Of a stretch of 64,000 nucleotides of DNA, positions 59,236 to 64,000 are shown piece after piece. A model generated the notes under the pieces. It was given only the letters and a program-made list of their open reading frames with translations. It did no database searches and was not told the DNA's origin. How positions within the stretch are numbered: the first letter of the stretch is position 1; every line of letters begins with the position of its first letter. Location: the IMG/VR virus record IMGVR_UViG_3300024272_005753. The stretch is one strand, 5' to 3'. The stretch is from an uncultured virus (IMG/VR IMGVR_UViG_3300024272_005753). Taxonomy: Duplodnaviria > Heunggongvirae > Uroviricota > Caudoviricetes. A program made the translations under genes and the position numbers.

Positions 59236-59324
59236 TTTATAATTGTTTTCTTCTTGAATGCTTGTCAGAGTGTATTTTTTATGTTATAATATATAAAAAT
59301 AGCAAATATCCCGAGGTGAAAATT

Positions 59325-59852
59325 ATGAAAATTATATTTTTGGACGTTGATGGTGAATTAACATATTCTGATTATCACAACGCTGAGACATCAGAAATTG
59401 ATGTTGAAAAAGTTAAACTCTTAAAAGAAATTTGTGATAGAACTAGTGCAAAAGTTGTAATTAGTTCTAGCTGGAGAGGAAATGAAGATTATACTCCTAG
59501 AATTTATCATATTCTTAGAAAGATTTTAGCGGATTATGACGTTGATGTTATTGGCGATTGTCCATATATTGACGTATGTTTTGTAAAAAATGAAGTTACA
59601 GAGAAAAATTATTTTGATACTGCCAATATAGATAAATATATTGTAGAGCATGGTACTGGACGAGCTGCGGAAGTTGAACAGTGGTTAAAAGAGCATCCTG
59701 AGACTGAATCCTATGTTATTCTTGATGATGAAGACCATGATTGGAAAGATTATGGGATGGAAAAGAATTGGGTTCGTCCGACTTGGTTTGGAGATGGTGG
59801 GTTGAAAAGAGAACATGTTGAAGCTGCAGTAAAGATTTTGAATAATATTTAA
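59325..59852 (+). CDS. HAD-domain protein (Swiss-Army-knife RNA-repair-associated type)
   Basis: IIFLDVDG, VVISSSWR and YVILDD motifs. Confidence 0.8.
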   Translation: MKIIFLDVDGELTYSDYHNAETSEIDVEKVKLLKEICDRTSAKVVISSSWRGNEDYTPRIYHILRKILADYDVDVIGDCPYIDVCFVKNEVTEKNYFDTANIDKYIVEHGTGRAAEVEQWLKEHPETESYVILDDEDHDWKDYGMEKNWVRPTWFGDGGLKREHVEAAVKILNNI

Positions 59853-59897
59853 GTTAAAAGCAACCAAATTTTTGGTTGCTTTTGTTTATTTTCACTA

Positions 59898-59926
59898 TTG
59901 ACATTGGTTTTTAAATATGTTATTAT
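59898..59926 (+). promoter_or_regulatory. Strong sigmaA-type promoter with no downstream ORF
   Basis: TTGACA-17-TATTAT with TG extension. Confidence 0.75.
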
Positions 59927-59932
59927 AAACAT

Positions 59933-60222
59933 GTAAGGTACAAACTAATTAATACAAATATAAAAAGCCTTACGAAATAAGATGGATGATAATACTTTAC
60001 AAACTAACTAATAATAAAATAGGTATTATTATGAAATCTAGGATGGCAGAGGACTGCCAATAGATAATTGGCTTTACCGAACGATTCCGCCGCAAATGTT
60101 TAGGGATTGATTCTGGTCCGTTGTGGAGCTTTGAACTCTACATAAATACAGAAACTTATTATTAAATTATATTAAACTTATGGAAGATACCACTGCCAAA
60201 GGCCACGGCGGTGGTATTTTTC
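59933..60222 (+). ncRNA. Candidate structured small RNA (~290 nt)
   Basis: Bounded by a promoter and a GC-rich terminator; several stem-loops; no ORF of 60 aa or more and no convincing RBS. Confidence 0.5.
60187..60222 (+). terminator. Intrinsic terminator of the candidate sRNA
   Basis: GATACCACTGCC-aaaggccac-GGCGGTGGTATT followed by a T run. Confidence 0.7.
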
Positions 60223-60237
60223 TATTTTAAAATAGAT

Positions 60238-60405
60238 ACCATTTTCCTGGGTCCAGGAAAATGGTTAGAAATAAAATAATAAACATATTTCGAATATTTT
60301 GTTCGCAGGGGTTCTTCAGCTCAATCCTGCACGCAGCGGAGACTAAAAGAGAATAATAAAAATATATAAATTATTGTTTTGTAAAGCAATTATCTGGGTC
60401 CCTGG
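60238..60405. repeat. Second palindrome/motif block
   Basis: ACCATTTTCCTGG-GT-CCAGGAAAATGGT; TGCACGCAG; ATATAAATTATTGTTTT; CTGGGTCCCTG. Confidence 0.6.
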
Positions 60406-60495
60406 AACAAATAATTTGTGATTATGTTTGACTTTTATAAGAAAATATGTTATAATATAAGCAATAGATTAACATGTTGAAAGGAAATTGAGAAT

Positions 60496-61104
60496 ATGTG
60501 GGAAATGAAAGATTCCAATAAAGACCCTCGTGAGTTTAGTGCTAGATATAGTAATAATAAGCGCTGTGGGCTCTGTAAGACGTTTTTTAGACCTAATGAG
60601 AAGTTCTATATTATTGTTATTCCCAGCGCCCTGAGAGGCTCTCACGCCCGTTTAAAAGAGAATATGTTTGTTCATGTTGATGAATGGGAAGAGATTTGTA
60701 CTGGTGTAACTACAGACGAAGAGCTTGCAGCAAAAATTATTGCCGCCAAGTTTCCCAAGAGAAACGAACTAACACAGGATGAGAGCGACCATTTGGAAGC
60801 TTTTAAAGAAGCGTGTACGGCGCACGGTTTCCGAATGGAAGTTTCTAAGCCTTATGGGGTTCGAATGAAAAAGCGTGGCACATCCATGTATTTGGATTAT
60901 AATGTATATATGGATACTATTAGTTTTGACCATCGTGGACAGCATGGTTTGTTTGATAGTTTTTATGAAAGACAGATTATCGCTAATATTTATAATAAAA
61001 TGCATGAGCTGCTTTCTGATGGCAAACATGACGATTACGATTATAAAGATAGTATCAATAAAGTTGCTGCTGAAGTCGGCAAGACTATGAATGAAATTTT
61101 CTAA
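60496..61104 (+). CDS. Hypothetical protein with N-terminal CxxC motif
   Basis: RCGLCK...FVH; TTGACT-17-TATAAT promoter at 60428-60456. Confidence 0.65.
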   Translation: MWEMKDSNKDPREFSARYSNNKRCGLCKTFFRPNEKFYIIVIPSALRGSHARLKENMFVHVDEWEEICTGVTTDEELAAKIIAAKFPKRNELTQDESDHLEAFKEACTAHGFRMEVSKPYGVRMKKRGTSMYLDYNVYMDTISFDHRGQHGLFDSFYERQIIANIYNKMHELLSDGKHDDYDYKDSINKVAAEVGKTMNEIF

Positions 61105-61163
61105 ATCAACCAAGGCCATATATTTTGTATGGCCTTTTTCTCTAAAATACGGAGGTAAAAAAT

Positions 61164-62315
61164 ATGATTAAAACTTTTGCGAAAAATGGTATATATGGAT
61201 TCATGTCTGACAATTTTAAGATTGAATTCTCTGAACCAAGAATTCAAGGATTTGATGACTATGCCTATCTAAAGAGTGAAAGTGGTATTATGTATTACTA
61301 TTACGGTGTAGATGGGTATATTAAAGATGGTCGAAAGTGGAAGAAAGCTTTCGCCGCTGGGGCTTATGATTTCCCTGGAATTCTTGGGTTTAAGGGTATG
61401 TTGGAAGCTTTTTATCTTGATAAGATTGGTATTGGTAAGTATCAGAAAGACGTTAATGAAAAGATTCCTAGTCGTATCTGGTATACTTACGAAACCAATA
61501 GTGGTACTTTCGTAGAAGATTTTTATTCTATTGTTCATGAGTTTGTTATCGAGGATAAACAGGAAATTTCTAATAGTTATTCTCTCACCGTTGGTAAAGC
61601 TCTTGATTATGGTGGAAGCGAAATTAATGGCCTTACTTTTAGACATTTGAAGGCAGAAGACATTGAGAAGATTTATGAATGTGTTTGTGAATTTATTGAG
61701 TATAGTATTGAAATTCACAACAAAAGAACAAAAGAGTATATTCTTGATGGGCTTCGCTCCTGGCTGTGTATCGATGGTAAGGTTTACGAAATGAATAAGG
61801 ATGGAATGTCCGTTGAATGTATTTATCCTGTTGGCATTTTAATGGATGATGCCACAATTCTTGTGGGGGATATTAATTCTAAGGATTATTGTTCTAAGAC
61901 CTTTAACAATTTCACTATTGAAAAGGTTGAGGACGATGGAATTATCATTAATGGTGGATATGAAGAAGCTCGTAGAGGTGAAATTCGCCATATTAATGAA
62001 CCTGAAAAGATTTTGTTTTCTACTTTAATTCGTATGTTTGAGGATATGCCTAAAGAACGTTTAGCATATAATGAAGAAGAGATTCAAAAGGACTTCATGT
62101 CTTTGCTTTCCGATTTTGAGAAGAATGAATTCAGGGGAGAAGATGCAGATTTCCTTTTTGATAAGTATAAGAGTGCAATTATGGATAGAACTTGGATGTG
62201 CCGTAGCGAACATAATCTTCCTAAGAGAATTAAAGATACTGGTCATCACGAAAATGTTTATGCGTCTATTCGGGTGATTATTGAAAATATTAAGAAGGAG
62301 TTAAGCGCGGAATAA
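61164..62315 (+). CDS. Hypothetical protein
   Basis: 383-aa ORF with RBS GGAGG. Confidence 0.65.
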   Translation: MIKTFAKNGIYGFMSDNFKIEFSEPRIQGFDDYAYLKSESGIMYYYYGVDGYIKDGRKWKKAFAAGAYDFPGILGFKGMLEAFYLDKIGIGKYQKDVNEKIPSRIWYTYETNSGTFVEDFYSIVHEFVIEDKQEISNSYSLTVGKALDYGGSEINGLTFRHLKAEDIEKIYECVCEFIEYSIEIHNKRTKEYILDGLRSWLCIDGKVYEMNKDGMSVECIYPVGILMDDATILVGDINSKDYCSKTFNNFTIEKVEDDGIIINGGYEEARRGEIRHINEPEKILFSTLIRMFEDMPKERLAYNEEEIQKDFMSLLSDFEKNEFRGEDADFLFDKYKSAIMDRTWMCRSEHNLPKRIKDTGHHENVYASIRVIIENIKKELSAE

Positions 62316-62348
62316 TCCCGCGCTTAATTTTTAGAAAGGAGAAAAAAT

Positions 62349-62816
62349 ATGAATAAAGAATTTAATAGATATAACTTATATTGTGAATGTGCAAGAGAAG
62401 CTATAAAGTTTCAGGGGTTAGGGGATGATATAGATGAAGATGTATTGAATTTTACATTTGATGCGCTAACGCATGAAACAGATTTAGATTGGGTTGATAT
62501 TAAAACAGACGATGGAGAGTTAATTGGTTTTTTAGTTGTTTCTAGAAGTCCTGAATTATTTCCTGGTATAGAATATGATGTAGATTGTATGTATATACTT
62601 CCTGATTATCGTAGACAGGGATATATGTCTAGGATGATTAAAAAATACTTGGAAGATAATCCTGGAACTTATTCTTATAGTGTTTTAGTTGGGAATGATA
62701 TATCTTTTAGTTTTTGGGATAAGATAATTCATGATAACAATTGTGTTCCTATTGGATTAAAGAATCCATACATATACAAAGAATATGTATTTGGTGCGTT
62801 CAAAAAGGAGGTATAA
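62349..62816 (+). CDS. GNAT family acetyltransferase
   Basis: LIGFL, MYILPDYRRQGY (acetyl-CoA binding) and N...SFW motifs. Confidence 0.8.
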   Translation: MNKEFNRYNLYCECAREAIKFQGLGDDIDEDVLNFTFDALTHETDLDWVDIKTDDGELIGFLVVSRSPELFPGIEYDVDCMYILPDYRRQGYMSRMIKKYLEDNPGTYSYSVLVGNDISFSFWDKIIHDNNCVPIGLKNPYIYKEYVFGAFKKEV

Positions 62817-62818
62817 AC

Positions 62819-62965
62819 ATGGATAAATTTCAAACAATTAGACCAATTGTTCTTGGTCTTGTAATTCGTGATGGCAAAGTTCTTGTCAGAGAAGGTTACG
62901 ACACAAAGAAAAATCAAACTTTCTATCGTGCACTTGGTGGGGGTATTGAATTTGATGAAAAATAA
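62819..62965 (+). pseudogene. Truncated NUDIX hydrolase
   Basis: Strong RBS AAGGAGG; IRPIVLGLVIRDGKVLV...YRALGGGIEFDEK* stops at the start of the Nudix box. Confidence 0.7.
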
Positions 62966-63650
62966 AAGATATTTTCTATATAATTATCGAGAATTTGTTC
63001 CTGAAATGTCTTATTATTTTTTCAGGCCTTCCAGAAAGGAAACCCGTAAGAGACCTTTAATTATTTGGTTGCATGGTTCAGGGGAGGTTGCTGTTGGAAG
63101 AGAAGCATTTCTTTCTGCGGGGCTTCCTGATGTTCTAAATAATTGGACGTTAAAGCCTTTTAGTGCATATATTCTTTGTCCTCAGTTAATGGTTGAAGAC
63201 GATATTTGGGCAAAAGAAGAAAATGTAGAAAATCTTATGAGGCTTATCAATCATGTGATTGTTCTTAATGAAGATAAAATCGATAGGAACAGAATTATTC
63301 TCGCTGGTCATAGTTTGGGCGCTATGGGAGCCATGTATGTCGCTGAAAGAGTACATAAATATTTTGCTTGTATGTGCGTTTTAAGTGGATATGAATGTGG
63401 AGTAGATTTAAGCGAAATTGAGACTCCTGTTCTCGGTATTGTTGGAACGGAAGATGCTGGTGAAGACCCAGAAAGTGTTCGTTTCATGAATTGGGATTTT
63501 TGTTTTGCTCTTGGTGACCACACTGTTTGTGATTTCGAAGCATCGCATGAAGATATTCCTAGAGTAGCATTCTTAGATGATGCTAATTTGGATGGACGTT
63601 CCGACCTTATTGAGTGGATGTACGCATATAAATTATCAGATAGGATGTAA
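62955..63650 (+). CDS. Alpha/beta hydrolase (esterase/peptidase)
   Basis: PLIIWLHGSGE, ILCPQ, IDRNRI and nucleophile motif GHSLG. Confidence 0.85.
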   Translation: MKNKRYFLYNYREFVPEMSYYFFRPSRKETRKRPLIIWLHGSGEVAVGREAFLSAGLPDVLNNWTLKPFSAYILCPQLMVEDDIWAKEENVENLMRLINHVIVLNEDKIDRNRIILAGHSLGAMGAMYVAERVHKYFACMCVLSGYECGVDLSEIETPVLGIVGTEDAGEDPESVRFMNWDFCFALGDHTVCDFEASHEDIPRVAFLDDANLDGRSDLIEWMYAYKLSDRM

Positions 63651-63753
63651 AATCCAATACAATTTGTAAAATTTACCACTATTTCTAAAATCTCTTGAAA
63701 AAATTCTAAAAATATGTTATTATATTAACAGAAATAAGGAAGGAGATTTTAAT

Positions 63754-64000
63754 ATGAAAATTAAGGATTATAATGCAGCTATCCTGTGTGAAGAATATGA
63801 AACGGCTTTATCTGGTAGTGAATGTTTTTTCCCTGGCACTAATTTAACTATGAAAATTCGACTAGGCCAGGAGCCCGTTGAAGATTATAATAAGCGAAGA
63901 GATGCTTGTCTTGAAGCAATGAGAAAGGGCGCTATCATTTTTAAAATTGAAGACCGTAAAGATATGTATTTCATTGACCTATATCGAGATGGTAAGGTCG
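63754..64000 (+). CDS. Hypothetical protein (partial, runs off the window)
   Basis: TTGAAA-17-TATTAT promoter at 63695-63723; RBS AAGGAG; frame stays open to the end of the window. Confidence 0.6.
   Translation, partial: MKIKDYNAAILCEEYETALSGSECFFPGTNLTMKIRLGQEPVEDYNKRRDACLEAMRKGAIIFKIEDRKDMYFIDLYRDGKV

Noticed and set aside
59933..60222. Type III toxin-antitoxin RNA or a riboswitch leader
   Set aside because: Only two short repeats; the next gene is about 270 nt past the terminator with its own promoter and does not resemble ToxN-type toxins; no riboswitch consensus recognised.
1..64000. CRISPR array, tRNA, rRNA, integrase or phage structural genes
   Set aside because: I saw no regularly spaced direct repeats, cloverleaf or rRNA-like sequence, and no recognisable capsid, terminase or integrase motifs. 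A phage identity cannot be excluded from one window.
1..64000. Alternative genetic code (stop-codon reassignment)
   Set aside because: Genes are full length and densely packed under the standard code; the one truncation (NUDIX) ends in TAA with no downstream continuation.

Overview
A gene-dense, AT-rich window from a Firmicutes (probably Clostridia)-associated replicon, judged from strong GGAGG ribosome-binding sites, sigmaA-type promoters, and AbrB, SpoVG and DUF4358-MBOAT-DHHW genes. It looks like part of a very large extrachromosomal element (megaplasmid or jumbo-phage-like) rather than a normal chromosome. Divergent homologs of housekeeping genes (secY next to secE, ftsH, radA, ruvC, recD2, a sigma70 with altered regions 2.4/4.2, a 3xS1 protein, spoVG, abrB, two yhaM-like genes) lie outside their usual operons. 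They are interspersed with plasmid/conjugation-type genes (three replication-relaxation-like proteins, a RepL-like wHTH, a TOPRIM primase-like protein, TadB/TadC, a prepilin peptidase, a pilin-like protein) and many secreted or membrane proteins. Genes form short units on alternating strands, separated by bidirectional intrinsic terminators. I recognised no rRNA, tRNA, CRISPR array, integrase or virion gene. Best leads: a private SecYE translocon; a 280-aa TnpB derivative that keeps the RuvC D-E-D triad but seems to lack the guide-handling parts; an ~290-nt candidate sRNA flanked by palindrome-rich intergenic blocks; a higher-GC OB-fold/primase/HIRAN-AAA+/vWA cluster; an active/inactive YhaM pair; and two promoter classes. 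All family calls are from motif recognition by eye; no database search was run.
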